From assembly GCA_964229335.1 (NCBI GenBank), contig CAXRCZ010000007.1:62717-126716 (forward strand): 64,000 bases of DNA. The letters run 5' to 3'. The DNA comes from Minisyncoccia bacterium (GTDB lineage Bacteria; Patescibacteriota; Minisyncoccia; Phycocordibacterales; UBA918). Shown here one piece after another: positions 52,067-63,159 of this stretch. A program made the translations under genes and the position numbers. The notes below the pieces were generated by a model. The model was not told the origin of the DNA. It saw only the letters and a list, made by a program, of their open reading frames with translations, and made no database searches. The first letter of the stretch is position 1; each line of letters opens with the position of its first letter.

Positions 52067-53419
52067 TCAGGAACAGGGATTCGGGCGGTCGGTGTTGAGA
52101 CGAACTCGAAAGTTCATCTCATCCTGATCGCCAAAACCATCCGGACGGGGCACCAAGAGTGCCGACCAGAATTCTTGGGCCGGGTACTCTGCGTCGGTTG
52201 CCCAACGCGTGGCCTCGCAAAAGTCCACTTCAGGGGTTAGGTTTTCCAGATATACCCCCTCAGGAACTTCATTCTGGTTGAACATCAGCATGCAGTCCTT
52301 ACCGAAGTTGACCTGCATTCCCTCAGCGATTTTGTCAGTGGTAACCACCACGACATCATCGCAGATTTCGAGAGCTGCCGATCCGGTCCGGTCAACAGAT
52401 ACCGATGCTGCACTGACTGCAGCTGGGCCTCCGAAAATGGAGAACACCAGCAGCGCAACCAGCAAGATGCCGGCCCCACCCCCTATCTGCGCGGTCGCCT
52501 TGCGGGTGCTACGCATATAGGAACGCGAGTACACCACAAACGCACCGATGGTGATGGCCAGGAGGATTGCTCCCAACCAAAACCACGGCGAGCCGGTCAG
52601 TTCGAGGAGTTTGACCACCCCCACTTTCGGATTTCGCCAGTTGGCTTCTTCTGTGGTAAGCGGTTCGAGTTTCACTCCTACTCCATCCTTGGCATAACAC
52701 GGCTTTGTTTCCGTGCAGTCGGCCGGCGAGAGATCGGGTACGATTTCCTTGGTTACCGGGTTGTACATAACCACCGCGGCACCATTCTCATCGCTGACTT
52801 CTTCCGGCAGGTTGTAATTCAGGCTAATGCCAAAAGTGCTCCAGAGCAGTGCCAGAAACGCTCCTGTGAGGTATAGAAGCTGAAGTCGTCGCGACCAGTT
52901 TCCCCGCTTGCCATAGACAAGTCCGAGAGTGGTAAACGCCACGATCACCAGTAGCAAACCCCAGAAAGCAAACGGCGCTTCACCGAACGAATAAGTGGCA
53001 AGCACCACACTGCTCATCGAGAAGACGTGCAGATAGATGAGTCCAACCTTCGCCAGGTTGCCAGGCGTGTTTGCGATTCCTTGGCTTACATCCCGATCCT
53101 TCAGGAACGTAAATATCGCCCCAATTGGAATCGAGTGTGCGAGCACTGTCGACGATGTGAGCACACCCGCGATGGCTAGTAGGCCAATTATCGCCGGGAT
53201 GAAGTTGAGCGGGTGGTACACCAGATTGATGAGCCACATGATCAACAGCATACCGACAAGTGTCAGCAAGCTACCACGTGCGATAAAAGAAATCGGCTGC
53301 AACAACCATTTCAGGTGCTCCACTATCCATTCAATGATGTTGGACTGTGTTGGAGTGTGTGGAGCCGGCAGTTCGTTGGGATTATGTACCCGAACCGGCA
53401 AGTTACGTGGATCGTACAT
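52067..53419 (-). CDS. Hypothetical multi-pass membrane protein
   Basis: SD aaagga before MYDPRN; many TMs. Confidence 0.75.
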   Translation of the reverse strand: MYDPRNLPVRVHNPNELPAPHTPTQSNIIEWIVEHLKWLLQPISFIARGSLLTLVGMLLIMWLINLVYHPLNFIPAIIGLLAIAGVLTSSTVLAHSIPIGAIFTFLKDRDVSQGIANTPGNLAKVGLIYLHVFSMSSVVLATYSFGEAPFAFWGLLLVIVAFTTLGLVYGKRGNWSRRLQLLYLTGAFLALLWSTFGISLNYNLPEEVSDENGAAVVMYNPVTKEIVPDLSPADCTETKPCYAKDGVGVKLEPLTTEEANWRNPKVGVVKLLELTGSPWFWLGAILLAITIGAFVVYSRSYMRSTRKATAQIGGGAGILLVALLVFSIFGGPAAVSAASVSVDRTGSAALEICDDVVVVTTDKIAEGMQVNFGKDCMLMFNQNEVPEGVYLENLTPEVDFCEATRWATDAEYPAQEFWSALLVPRPDGFGDQDEMNFRVRLNTDRPNPCS

Positions 53420-53435
53420 GATTAAATTCCTTTCA

Positions 53436-54191
53436 TTACCAACTAAGCCAGCGGTACCACCACGGTTGAGCGGCTCGGCGTTGTTTGAGTTGTTGAACCG
53501 ATTCGTGCATCGAGCGACTCCAGCTTCCATTGTTTTCACCAAAGTTGGCTGGGACTCTTTTCAGACGACCATCAGCTTCGCGTATTTTCTCCACAAAGCT
53601 TGGCGTCGGCATACTTTTTTGCCTGAGCCACGAGATACCGGCTGCAAAACCTGTACGATCACCTGATCGATCATTGCTGTTTTCTTGAATCACAGCAGCA
53701 AACCGCTTAAGAAAGTCAACCGAATGAGAATCATCAGGAGGGTTTTTAATCTCCTCGGTTTTCTTACCACCCTTCTTATCAGTGGTCGATACTAATTTGG
53801 TTACTTTCTCAGGCGTCCGCATTCTTACCACTAGGGCACGAAATTGGTTAAGGTAAAACTTACTGGCAAAATAGCCAAGGAAGCCATTACCGTAACCAGT
53901 TACAATCCATTCGCGAAATTTACGCAGGGTGGTACGTTCGTGCTCGTCGAGCTTAGCTTCGATACCATCCATGGCAATCTCATCTTTGAAACTAAAGAGA
54001 CCGCCATGAGCCAGTTTCGCAGCACGCGATGATTTTTCAGAAGGCTCAGATCCACCCCAGACTGTCGATATAAAATCGTAAGCAATCCAGAGATTTCCGC
54101 CGGCCTGAAAAATCTCTTTGAAAATCTCAGAGATTTTTTCTAACCCACGTGTTTTCTCTTCAACTTCGTCGAGCTTTTTTTTGTCAGGCAT
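53436..54191 (-). CDS. Hypothetical protein
   Basis: 251 aa, SD aaagga. Confidence 0.75.
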   Translation of the reverse strand: MPDKKKLDEVEEKTRGLEKISEIFKEIFQAGGNLWIAYDFISTVWGGSEPSEKSSRAAKLAHGGLFSFKDEIAMDGIEAKLDEHERTTLRKFREWIVTGYGNGFLGYFASKFYLNQFRALVVRMRTPEKVTKLVSTTDKKGGKKTEEIKNPPDDSHSVDFLKRFAAVIQENSNDRSGDRTGFAAGISWLRQKSMPTPSFVEKIREADGRLKRVPANFGENNGSWSRSMHESVQQLKQRRAAQPWWYRWLSW

Positions 54192-54368
54192 TACTATATT
54201 CCTTTTTCAATACGCTAGTATTTTGCCAGATTGGGCAATCAAGCGGTTAAACACAAGCGGGGAAGCAGAGCCTCCCCATTCCACCTAAAATAATAGCATA
54301 TTTATCAAATAAGTCAATATATAGCAATTTTTCTTGCCAGTCACTATATCTTTGCTACTATTTGCCAC

Positions 54369-55400
54369 GTGAACAAAAAATCTCGAGATTTGCGTAGCCG
54401 TGAAGACAAAAGAAAGGCGGCTGCAGAAGATACCCGACCTAGACGAACGATTTCGTTCTACCGTTATGTGCAGATTGATAATCCGGAAGCTTTTCGAGAG
54501 CGATTATTAGACAAATGGCAGGAGCTTGAATGTCTAGGACGAATATATGTAGCCAAAGAGGGAATCAACGCCCAAATGAACGTACTAGAAAAGAAGTGGG
54601 ATGAGTTCAATACTTGGACACAAACCCAGCCAGAACTAGCTGGTGTACCGTACAAAGTTGCGGTGGAAGAAGGCCAAGCGCCATCGTTCTATAAATTGGC
54701 TATCAAGCTGCGTGACAAAATTGTGGCTGATGGACTAGATGATAGTAGTTTCGATGTGACTGATACTGGCGACTATCTGACTGCTGAGGAGATGAATCAA
54801 TATCTTGATGATCCAGATGCGGTAGTGGTAGATATGCGAAATAGCTACGAGAGCGAAGTAGGGCATTTTGATGGGGCGATTACTCCGAAGGTAGAAACCT
54901 TTCGCGAAGAATTAAAGAAAACACCAGAATTATTAAAGGAACACAAAGATAAAAAAATTGCTTTGTACTGTACTGGGGGTATTCGTTGTGAAAAAGCCAG
55001 TGCATGGCTCAAGCATAGTGGCTACAAAGATGTGCGACACCTCAAAGGCGGGATTATTGACTATGCGCACCAGGTAAAAGAGAAGCAATTACCGAATAAG
55101 TTTAAAGGTAAGAACTTTGTATTTGATGAGCGGCTTGGGGAACGAGTCGGCGAGGAAATCATTGCCACTTGTCACCTGTGTCGCAAAGTCAAGAGTGACA
55201 CTCACTACCACTGCCGAAACCAAATTTGCCACACATTATTTATTGGTTGTGATGAGTGTGTTGAGAATAAGCGTGGGTACTGCGGCAAAGTGTGTGAACT
55301 GATTGACAAACTACCCAAGCCTCTAAAAAAGAAAGCAGCGCGGTTTTACAATACTGTCGTCCGGGGACGTAAACAGTTTAAGAAAACTCGGCTGGTGTAA
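54369..55400 (+). CDS. trhO: Rhodanese-domain tRNA uridine(34) hydroxylase TrhO (YceA/UPF0176)
   Basis: SFYRY, GRIYVAKEGINAQ, DMRNSYE, YCTGGIRCEKA, NFVFDER. Confidence 0.92.
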   Translation: MNKKSRDLRSREDKRKAAAEDTRPRRTISFYRYVQIDNPEAFRERLLDKWQELECLGRIYVAKEGINAQMNVLEKKWDEFNTWTQTQPELAGVPYKVAVEEGQAPSFYKLAIKLRDKIVADGLDDSSFDVTDTGDYLTAEEMNQYLDDPDAVVVDMRNSYESEVGHFDGAITPKVETFREELKKTPELLKEHKDKKIALYCTGGIRCEKASAWLKHSGYKDVRHLKGGIIDYAHQVKEKQLPNKFKGKNFVFDERLGERVGEEIIATCHLCRKVKSDTHYHCRNQICHTLFIGCDECVENKRGYCGKVCELIDKLPKPLKKKAARFYNTVVRGRKQFKKTRLV

Positions 55401-55402
55401 AC

Positions 55403-55442
55403 AAAATCCCTGCTTTAATACTAGTATTAAAGCAGGGATTTT
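55403..55442. terminator. 40-bp perfect palindrome, probable bidirectional terminator
   Basis: aaaatccctgctttaatact|agtattaaagcagggatttt. Confidence 0.7.
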
Positions 55443-55445
55443 TTG

Positions 55446-55526
55446 TGCGTGAGAGAGGACTCGAACCTCCACGGATTGCTCCACTAGTTCCTAAGACTAG
55501 CGCGTCTACCATTTCGCCACTCACGC
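55446..55526 (-). tRNA. tRNA-Leu(TAG)
   Basis: ctagt-ctTAGga-actag, variable arm. Confidence 0.95.
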
Positions 55527-55629
55527 GTAAATGTGGCGCTGAGTATAGCAAACAATTAGTACCAGTGCCAGTTGAAAATACGCTTGAACTATCGATATCA
55601 CTGAGGTACACTCAGGCGCACCAACTATT

Positions 55630-55702
55630 CCGCCCATAGCTCAGTTGGTAGAGCAGGTGGCTCTTAACCACAAGGTCCTAGGTTCAAGTCCTAGTGGGCG
55701 GA
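55630..55702 (+). tRNA. tRNA-Lys(CTT)
   Basis: ccgccca/tgggcgg, ctCTTaa loop. Confidence 0.95.
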
Positions 55703-55878
55703 CAACGTTAAGAAAAACTGTGCCTGCGCACAGTTTTTTAGTTGTCCGAGGCGGAGCTATGTTTTTTCTCTTAACCTTGAGAAAAAGCCAGCGAGCCGGG
55801 GTCGCGAGTACTTAGCAAAATTTTTGCGAAGCGAATATTTTGGTTAGTAACTGGTGACGTCAACGTAAAGAAAAACTG
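55703..55878 (+). repeat. tRNA-3'-associated element (Lys copy)
   Basis: tgtgcctgcgcaca hairpin, short inverted ttgtccg, aggcggagc, agcgagccggggtcgcgagtacttag, gtgac, direct copy caacgtaaagaaaaactg of the 55703 flank. Confidence 0.8.
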
Positions 55879-55898
55879 CCCAACGGCAGTTTTTCTAT

Positions 55899-55986
55899 TG
55901 GTGCCGGGAGCGGGACTCGAACCCGCACGCCCTGTAAGAGGCAAGGGATTTTAAGTCCCTCGTGTCTACCATTCCACCATCCCGGC
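55899..55986 (-). tRNA. tRNA-Leu(TAA)
   Basis: aggga-ctTAAaa-tccct, variable arm, CCA. Confidence 0.95.
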
Positions 55987-56009
55987 ATGCACTATCGAAC
56001 AATGTTTTG

Positions 56010-56194
56010 TTCGTGAGTCCTGGGCGGGAATCTTCCCACAGTTACTAATTCGTTACACTCATAAGTACTGCTAGACGCGGCTCAACCGTTTCAATTTCTA
56101 GGAATGGAAATTGAACCATGTCTCCGCCGTTCGATTCCAGAAAGATTGTGCGCAGGCACAATCTACCCATGCCTACGAAAACTTAGTTTTCGTG
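56010..56194 (-). repeat. tRNA-3'-associated element (Cys copy)
   Basis: 23-bp perfect direct repeat 56010-56032 = 56189-56211; inverted T-arm copy 56129-56138; core 56034-56083 is 45/50 identical to 63178-63227. Confidence 0.9.
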
Positions 56195-56266
56195 AGTCCT
56201 GGGCGGGAATCGAACCCGCGCATGGAGGTTTTGCAGACCTCAGCGTTACCACTTCGCCACCAGGAC
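56195..56266 (-). tRNA. tRNA-Cys(GCA)
   Basis: gtcctgg/ccaggac, gaggt-ctGCAaa-acctc, U discriminator. Confidence 0.95.
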
Positions 56267-56325
56267 AGTAATAATTCGCTCCGTACTTTAGCATTTATAT
56301 AATGCGGTGACAAAGCACAAACTAA

Positions 56326-56661
56326 CTAATCCTCACTCTCAAGTTGGCGAAAGACATCATCTATATGTTGACGGTGCCGTTCACCAGCATCAATCATGAA
56401 GTCGAAGTGAGGAATTCTTTTTATCTTAGTGTGGCTTTTTAGATATTGCCGCATATCTCCACCCGAACGCTTCAAAAAAATAAGCGCTTCATTCTCCTTA
56501 CCGTCAGGCAAGGTTGTGAAGAAAACTATTGCACGTTTCAAGTCAGGCGAAATATCAATCCGTGTAATAGTAATTAACGGATCAGCATTGGCTTCTTGCT
56601 GTACAAACTTGGCTACGTTCTCCTGTAGCAAATGTGCTACTTTAGCTTGTCTTTCAGACAT
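56326..56661 (-). CDS. rbfA: Ribosome-binding factor A
   Basis: ITITRIDISPDLKRA, KRIPHFDF; downstream of infB. Confidence 0.9.
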   Translation of the reverse strand: MSERQAKVAHLLQENVAKFVQQEANADPLITITRIDISPDLKRAIVFFTTLPDGKENEALIFLKRSGGDMRQYLKSHTKIKRIPHFDFMIDAGERHRQHIDDVFRQLESED

Positions 56662-56664
56662 AGG

Positions 56665-58173
56665 TTAGGTGATTACTGTATCGTATGGCTTGAGATAGTC
56701 TCCAGCTGCGATTTCGCTACGGGTTTCAAGTTGCATACCAAATTCACCCTCTTCGACTTGGTTCACATCAGACTTACCTTGCTGCAGGTTTTTGATTACT
56801 CCGGTACCGATTTCTATGTCACGACGAGTAATTTTGACTGGTTGATTCATTTTGATTACTCCTTCGTCCATTCGTCCACCAAGAACGTGAGTGTATTTTT
56901 GGGTACTAAAGTGTTTTAAGATTTTTACTGAACCTGTAGTTATCTTTTCTTCTTTTTTTGGAGTGCGGTTTTTAAGAGCCGTGTTAAGCCATTCTGATAG
57001 TTCGTAAATAATTGAGAAAGTATTAATCTCTACCCCTAATCGTTCTGCCAGGTCTTTGGCCGGCCGCTCTACTTTTACATTAAATCCGACGATAATCGCG
57101 TCAGGAGTTGCACTGACATTTTGGACGTCATTGGCAGTCACGTCACCGACACTACTATCAATAACCTTTACTATAATTCGATCTGATTCAAACTTATCTA
57201 ATTCGTGGCGAATGGCCTCAATGGTTCCGTACACATCTGCTTTGATTGCTATTGGCACCACCGGCAGGCTACTAGCCTCATATGCTTGTTGCGGGTTATC
57301 CTTAGCGGTTTGGTTCTCCTCGACCAGTGCTTCAGCTTCCTTTTTACTACTCACTGCTTGAAAGTTGGTACCGACTTCAGGAACTTCATTAAAACCAATG
57401 ACTTTCACTGGGATTGATAGACCAGCTTCTTTCACCGTTTTTCCTTGGAAGTCTTCCATGATGCGTATTGGTGAGTAAGCAGTGCCCGACACGACAAATT
57501 GACCGCTAGCAAGCGTACCGTTGGTTACTAGTAGCGTAGCGGTATTTCCCCGACGAGGATCAAGATTACTCTCAATTACCTTTCCGCTAGCGGCGGCGTT
57601 GGTGTCACCAGTAAGTTCGGCAAGGTCAGCTGTTAGACTAACGAGGTCTAGCAACTCCTCAATTCCTTCTCCGGTCTTGGCAGAAATTCCTGCCCAAGGA
57701 ATATCACCTCCCATTCCCTCAATATAAATTTCGTTTTCAATCAGGCTGGTCTGAGTTTGAGAAATATTAGCCCCAGGCTTATCGATTTTATTGATGGCTA
57801 CAATATAAGGAATATCTGCTTGTTTGATTGATTCGAGCGCCTCTAATGTCTGTGGCTTCACTCCATCTTCAGCCGATATGATTAAGATAGCAATATCTGC
57901 CACATCGGCTCCTCGCAAGCGCATCTTTTGAAACGCTTCATGGCCTGGAGTATCGAGGAAGGTCAGAGTCTCATCGCTCCCTTCTTTGGTCGTATGCTCC
58001 ACTACATACGCTGAAAGGTGCTGGGTAATACCGCCCGATTCGGTATCTACCACGTTACTCTTGCGAATGTAGTCGAGGAGAGTCGATTTTCCGTGGTCGA
58101 TATGACCCATTACTACCACGATGGGGTGGCGCTTGATTACATTGGGAGCTGCTGTTTTTGTTTTTTTTGCCAT
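56665..58173 (-). CDS. infB: Translation initiation factor IF-2 (short form)
   Basis: MGHIDHGKST, GGITQH, DTPGHEAF, NKID. Confidence 0.96.
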   Translation of the reverse strand: MAKKTKTAAPNVIKRHPIVVVMGHIDHGKSTLLDYIRKSNVVDTESGGITQHLSAYVVEHTTKEGSDETLTFLDTPGHEAFQKMRLRGADVADIAILIISAEDGVKPQTLEALESIKQADIPYIVAINKIDKPGANISQTQTSLIENEIYIEGMGGDIPWAGISAKTGEGIEELLDLVSLTADLAELTGDTNAAASGKVIESNLDPRRGNTATLLVTNGTLASGQFVVSGTAYSPIRIMEDFQGKTVKEAGLSIPVKVIGFNEVPEVGTNFQAVSSKKEAEALVEENQTAKDNPQQAYEASSLPVVPIAIKADVYGTIEAIRHELDKFESDRIIVKVIDSSVGDVTANDVQNVSATPDAIIVGFNVKVERPAKDLAERLGVEINTFSIIYELSEWLNTALKNRTPKKEEKITTGSVKILKHFSTQKYTHVLGGRMDEGVIKMNQPVKITRRDIEIGTGVIKNLQQGKSDVNQVEEGEFGMQLETRSEIAAGDYLKPYDTVIT

Positions 58174-58271
58174 AATTTCTCGAACTAAAAAAGCCTGTAA
58201 CTAAGGCAGACTCTAGCGTGTAAGTGGCGGCAGTATAGCAGATATTTACTAGTTATTCTAGGTGTGTCATT

Positions 58272-59486
58272 ATGCGAACATATATGTTTTGGAAAACTGC
58301 ACCAAAAAGGATATATCTGGATTACGCGGCAGCTACACCACTCTTGCCTGAAGTTGTGGCGGCTATGCAGCCGTATCTAGATAATTTGTATGCAAATCCC
58401 AGTTCGATTCATAGCGAAGGACAATTAGCCAGTGCTGCTGTTGAAGAAGCACGAAAGAATATTGCTAGGACGTTTGAGGTGCGACCAGAGTTTATCACGT
58501 TTACCTCTGGCGGGACTGAGGCAAACAACCTTGCAATTAGAGGGTCTGTGATGGCGGCGCGCAAAGAGGGGCAAGATTTGTCTGAACTAGAAGTGATAAC
58601 TACTAGAATTGAACATCCAGCCACTCTGAAAACAGTTGAAGCGCTAGCTCAGCGTGGAGTAACCGTACAGTATGTCAGTGTCGACGAGCGCGGTTTAATA
58701 GATATAGAAGAGCTGGAAAAGAAAATTTCAGCCAACACGGTTCTTATGACCACAACGTATGCCAATAGTGAAATTGGCAGTATCCAAAAGTTACACACCA
58801 TTAAAAAGACACTACGAAAAAAAGAACAGCAGTTTGGAAATAAAATACTTTTTCATGTTGATGCTGCCCAGGCTCCTCTATGGCTCAATTGTCAATTCGA
58901 CGCTATGAAAGCTGATTTAGTTACATTTGATGCAGGGAAGTGTAATGGACCAAAAGGAGTAGGGTTACTACTCCGGTCACCTCGTGTTGCGCTAAAACCA
59001 GTTATCTATGGCGGCGGACAAGAAGATGGATTGCGGCCCGGAACCGAGAATGTGGCCGGTATTGTCGGTGCAGCAGTGGCGTTTCTCGAGGCTCAATCCA
59101 ACTGGCGTAAAAATCAGGAGGCTATCAGTAAAACTAGAGATGAAGCGATTGCTTACATCCAAAAAGAAATTCCTAATGCAATAGTAAACGGTGCTGTCGG
59201 AGAGTTGCGCCAAGCCAATAATATAAACATCTCTATCCCTGGACATGATACAGAGTTTGCCACCATAGTGCTCGATAAGCACGGCTTTGCCGTATCAACC
59301 AAGTCAGCCTGTGCTGGCGCGGGCGGGGGAGAAAGTGTAGTAGTGCGCGAGATTTCTGATGAACCAGCTCGCGCCAGCTCGACCTTACGTATTTCACTTG
59401 CTCCAGACACCAAACTATCAGACCTTAAACGCCTTACAGCTGTTCTTACATCTCATATTGAGAAAATGTCCAATTACACACCATAA
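58272..59486 (+). CDS. iscS: Cysteine desulfurase (IscS/NifS family)
   Basis: YLDYAAATP, ANPSS, TSGGTE, GPKG, GTEN, SAC. Confidence 0.88.
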   Translation: MRTYMFWKTAPKRIYLDYAAATPLLPEVVAAMQPYLDNLYANPSSIHSEGQLASAAVEEARKNIARTFEVRPEFITFTSGGTEANNLAIRGSVMAARKEGQDLSELEVITTRIEHPATLKTVEALAQRGVTVQYVSVDERGLIDIEELEKKISANTVLMTTTYANSEIGSIQKLHTIKKTLRKKEQQFGNKILFHVDAAQAPLWLNCQFDAMKADLVTFDAGKCNGPKGVGLLLRSPRVALKPVIYGGGQEDGLRPGTENVAGIVGAAVAFLEAQSNWRKNQEAISKTRDEAIAYIQKEIPNAIVNGAVGELRQANNINISIPGHDTEFATIVLDKHGFAVSTKSACAGAGGGESVVVREISDEPARASSTLRISLAPDTKLSDLKRLTAVLTSHIEKMSNYTP

Positions 59487-59556
59487 GTTTTGACTTATTT
59501 TGCCAATTGGCGCAATATGCTGAGCGAACAGTTATTTATAGGACGGAGGTCAAACT

Positions 59557-59832
59557 ATGTGTATCTTTTTGCCTCTGGCCATGTGCTTTTTAGCTCCCCA
59601 ACCAGCTGAAGCAATTCCTGAGGAAGTCCGCTCGATTCGGCTGCCAGAATGGTGTTTGGAAGTGACCGAAGAAGAGTTTGAGTCGATACCGTTAGGTAAA
59701 TTCACTAGAACCAGTTGGTGGTGGATGTACGTGTTTCGATATAATAATAAAATCTATTCAATCACTTACTACAACAATCCAGTTTTTACCGCTGAGGTAA
59801 CTTCTGGACGCTGTTATCAATTGGTTGGTTGA
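59557..59832 (+). CDS. Small secreted hypothetical protein
   Basis: SD ggagg, signal-like N-terminus, terminator after. Confidence 0.6.
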   Translation: MCIFLPLAMCFLAPQPAEAIPEEVRSIRLPEWCLEVTEEEFESIPLGKFTRTSWWWMYVFRYNNKIYSITYYNNPVFTAEVTSGRCYQLVG

Positions 59833-59986
59833 AGAAGCAACAATTACGAAAGCCCGCGCAGAATTCGCGGGCTTTTCTTTTGACTTGCGTAGTCATCTAT
59901 TGCAATATAGAGAGACGACTGCGTGGAGGAAAGACTGTTTTGACTGATAAGCTGAAAGAACTTATACAACGAACATATTTTTTGTT

Positions 59987-62701
59987 ATGCCGAATTTTCA
60001 CAACTTTACCTCAAAGGCCAAAGAGGCTATTCGAAAGGCTCACGAGCTAGCTATTGAACGTGGCCAAAATCACGTCAGCACTCTCCATTTACTGACAGCT
60101 TTGTCGATGCAAGATGATAGCGCGGTGATTGTGATGCTTGATCGCTTGGATATCGATATTATTGCCTTTACCGATTTGCTCCTTGAGGCCTTGGAGACAC
60201 CCGAAACCCAAAATACTATTTCTCAATCATACCAACTATATCTCACACCAGAGCTGGCCAAGGCGCTAGAGTTTTCTACTGTGTACGCAGAGCAACTAGG
60301 AGATACATACGTAGGAGTAGAGCATTTATTTGTCGCAATTCTTGAGAATCCTGGTCCTGCTGCTGAGATTATTCAGCGAAGCAATATTCAGAAAAAACAA
60401 GTACAAGACACTATTAAAGAGCTACGCGAAAACAATATTAGTGACGCAGAGATGCCAAAGAAGTTTCGTACGCTTACTAAATACACTCGCAATCTTACTA
60501 AGCTTGCTCAAGAGAACAAAGTTGATCCAGTTATTGGTCGCGACATAGAAATCCAACGAGTAATTCAAATCTTGTCTCGACGTACCAAAAACAATCCAGT
60601 ATTGATTGGTGAAGCAGGGGTGGGAAAGACGGCTATCGCTGAAGGATTAGCCCAACAAATCGCCCTTGGCCAAGTACCAGAGTCAGTTAAAGAAAAAGAA
60701 ATTCTCTCACTTGATTTAGGACTCTTAGTAGCAGGGACTAAATTCCGCGGTGAGTTCGAAGAGCGACTGAAAGCAGTTATGAAAGAAGTAGAAAGTGCTG
60801 CAGGCAAAATCATCTTATTTATTGACGAGCTACATACCATCGTGGGTGCTGGTCAAGCGGATGGCTCGATGGATGCCAGTAATATGTTGAAGCCAGCTCT
60901 GGCTCGTGGCGAAATCAGAGTGATTGGCGCCACCACACTAAAAGAGTATCAAAAACATATTGAGCGAGACCCAGCGCTAACCCGACGCTTTCAGCCAGTC
61001 TATGTCAATGAGCCAAACCAAGAAGACGCCGTTGCGATTTTGCGTGGTCTGGCTGAGAAATATGAGCTGTATCACGGCGTCCGTATTACCGACGACGCTA
61101 TTCTCGCAGCAGTTAACCTCTCTTCTCGCTATATCACCGATAGATTTCTGCCTGACAAAGCAGTCGATTTGATTGACGAAGCTGCTTCAGCACTTCGTAT
61201 ATCGTTAGAAAACAAGCCAGAAGAGCTGGTAGTAGCCGACAGGGAGGTGCGGCGGCTAGAGATAGAGCGCGAAGCTCTCAACAAAGAGCTAGAACTCGCT
61301 GAGAATACGCAGAAAATTAAAAAAAGACTCAAGGAGATTGATGCAGAGATTGGAGAATTACGAGAAAAAACTGCGACCCTTGAAACTAAGTGGAACAACG
61401 AGCGTGAAGCACTGAATGAAATTGGTGACTTTAAAAAAGAGTTGGAAGAACTTCGCTTAGAAGCTGATGCGGCGGAAGCCCGTGCAGACCTAACTCAAGC
61501 AGCCGAAATTCGCTACGACACAATTCCAGGAGTGGAAAAAGAACTGGAAGCAAAAATGAAGCGATTGAAGAAACTCCAACACAGTCGGCGACTATTAAAG
61601 GAGGAGGTTACCGAAGAAGAAATTGCCGGCGTGGTGTCTCGCTGGACTGGTATTCCAGTCTCACGCATGCTTGAAGCCGAAGTGCAAAAATTAGCGCGAA
61701 TGGAAGAAGAGTTAAAAGAGAAAGTGGTTGGTCAAGATGATGCCGTACAGCGCATCAGCGACGCCATTAAACGTTCACGCGCCGGTATTGCTGATCCCAA
61801 TCGGCCAATTGGTTCATTCCTATTTCTCGGACCGACAGGGGTGGGGAAGACAGAATTATCTCGAGCTTTGGCAGAGTTTATGTTCAATGACCCTGAGTCA
61901 CTGATTCGGGTAGACATGTCTGAGTTTATGGAGAAGCATTCAGTCTCTAAATTAGTCGGTTCTCCGCCCGGATATGTTGGCCACGATGAAGGTGGTAGTT
62001 TTACGGAAAAAATTCGTCACCGACCATACTCTGTTGTATTGCTTGATGAGGTAGAAAAAGCTCATCCAGAAGTCTTCAACATTCTCTTGCAAGTGCTCGA
62101 TTCTGGACATCTGACAGACGCGAAAGGTAGAAAAGTGAACTTCAAAAATACAGTCATTATCATGACTTCAAATATCGGCGCCGAGCACATCGACCGCATG
62201 TCTAACTTTGGCTTTACAGCTGATAAAGGCGAGTCAGCCCAATACTCACAGGCCAAAGACAAGGTAATGGATAGTCTGAAAACATTCTTCCGACCCGAGT
62301 TCCTCAACCGACTCGATGAGATAGTAGTATTTGATTTGCTATCTACTGAAGCTATACGTGACATCGTCGACCTACAAGTCGCAGAAGTCGTTAAGCGTCT
62401 CGAGAAGAAAGAAATCAAACTCTCAATCAGTAATGATGTGCTCGAGTATTTGGCTAAAGAAGGGTACGATCCAAAGTTCGGGGCTCGACCACTACGAAGA
62501 GTAATTCAGAGTAAAATCCTTACGCCTGTTGCGAATATGATGGTGGGCGAAGGAGTGCTGCAAGGTGGTACTGTCAAAGTTGCTATTAAGGGAGACGAGC
62601 TAGACTTTGATATCAAAAAGGCCGCCAAAGCCAAGACATCCACCAAGAAAAAAACCAAAGCGAAGAAAATAACTAAGAAGAAAGAAAAAGTAGCTGCGTA
62701 G
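59987..62701 (+). CDS. clpB: ClpB-type AAA+ chaperone
   Basis: Two Walker A motifs ([16 protein letters not shown]), long middle coiled coil, GARPLRR. Confidence 0.9.
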   Translation: MPNFHNFTSKAKEAIRKAHELAIERGQNHVSTLHLLTALSMQDDSAVIVMLDRLDIDIIAFTDLLLEALETPETQNTISQSYQLYLTPELAKALEFSTVYAEQLGDTYVGVEHLFVAILENPGPAAEIIQRSNIQKKQVQDTIKELRENNISDAEMPKKFRTLTKYTRNLTKLAQENKVDPVIGRDIEIQRVIQILSRRTKNNPVLIGEAGVGKTAIAEGLAQQIALGQVPESVKEKEILSLDLGLLVAGTKFRGEFEERLKAVMKEVESAAGKIILFIDELHTIVGAGQADGSMDASNMLKPALARGEIRVIGATTLKEYQKHIERDPALTRRFQPVYVNEPNQEDAVAILRGLAEKYELYHGVRITDDAILAAVNLSSRYITDRFLPDKAVDLIDEAASALRISLENKPEELVVADREVRRLEIEREALNKELELAENTQKIKKRLKEIDAEIGELREKTATLETKWNNEREALNEIGDFKKELEELRLEADAAEARADLTQAAEIRYDTIPGVEKELEAKMKRLKKLQHSRRLLKEEVTEEEIAGVVSRWTGIPVSRMLEAEVQKLARMEEELKEKVVGQDDAVQRISDAIKRSRAGIADPNRPIGSFLFLGPTGVGKTELSRALAEFMFNDPESLIRVDMSEFMEKHSVSKLVGSPPGYVGHDEGGSFTEKIRHRPYSVVLLDEVEKAHPEVFNILLQVLDSGHLTDAKGRKVNFKNTVIIMTSNIGAEHIDRMSNFGFTADKGESAQYSQAKDKVMDSLKTFFRPEFLNRLDEIVVFDLLSTEAIRDIVDLQVAEVVKRLEKKEIKLSISNDVLEYLAKEGYDPKFGARPLRRVIQSKILTPVANMMVGEGVLQGGTVKVAIKGDELDFDIKKAAKAKTSTKKKTKAKKITKKKEKVAA

Positions 62702-62764
62702 ACAGAAAAGCAGAAAGGCCGGCCCAGTCATGGGCCGGCCTTTTGTGTGTGATTCGCAAGAATC

Positions 62765-63052
62765 TTACTCCGTGACGCAGGTCTCGGCGCCGTCGCGGAG
62801 TTTCTGTTGGCAAGCCCTCGCTTCGGCTTTGAGTTCGGGGTTGGGGGCACTCATTACGAGTGGACCGATATCCTTCCATTGAGCTGCTTCGATTTGTTGA
62901 CGATAGGCTTCAGCCACCTCATCAGTGACTTCACGCTCTACAGGTGAAGCTTCCAGTTCCGGCTCAGTTTCCGAAGTAGATTCGCTACATTGCTTAGGTA
63001 ACGAGATGTTGGACAGTGCCACAGCGGCAGCCATCAAAAGATACATTTTCAT
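62765..63052 (-). CDS. Small secreted hypothetical protein
   Basis: SD ggag, signal-like N-terminus, Cys residues. Confidence 0.65.
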   Translation of the reverse strand: MKMYLLMAAAVALSNISLPKQCSESTSETEPELEASPVEREVTDEVAEAYRQQIEAAQWKDIGPLVMSAPNPELKAEARACQQKLRDGAETCVTE

Positions 63053-63159
63053 AGGAACTTCTCCAAATTGACCTCACCAGAATGGTGGTTTGTGTTCCGT
63101 ATACTAAATTAGCAGGTTGGGGTAGGGAGTCAAGATGGTTTTGTATATCTGTGTAAATA

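Noticed and set aside
56010-56211. Prophage or genomic island from the 23-bp tRNA-Cys direct repeat
   Set aside because: The repeats enclose only about 160 bp of non-coding sequence; treated as part of the element family instead.
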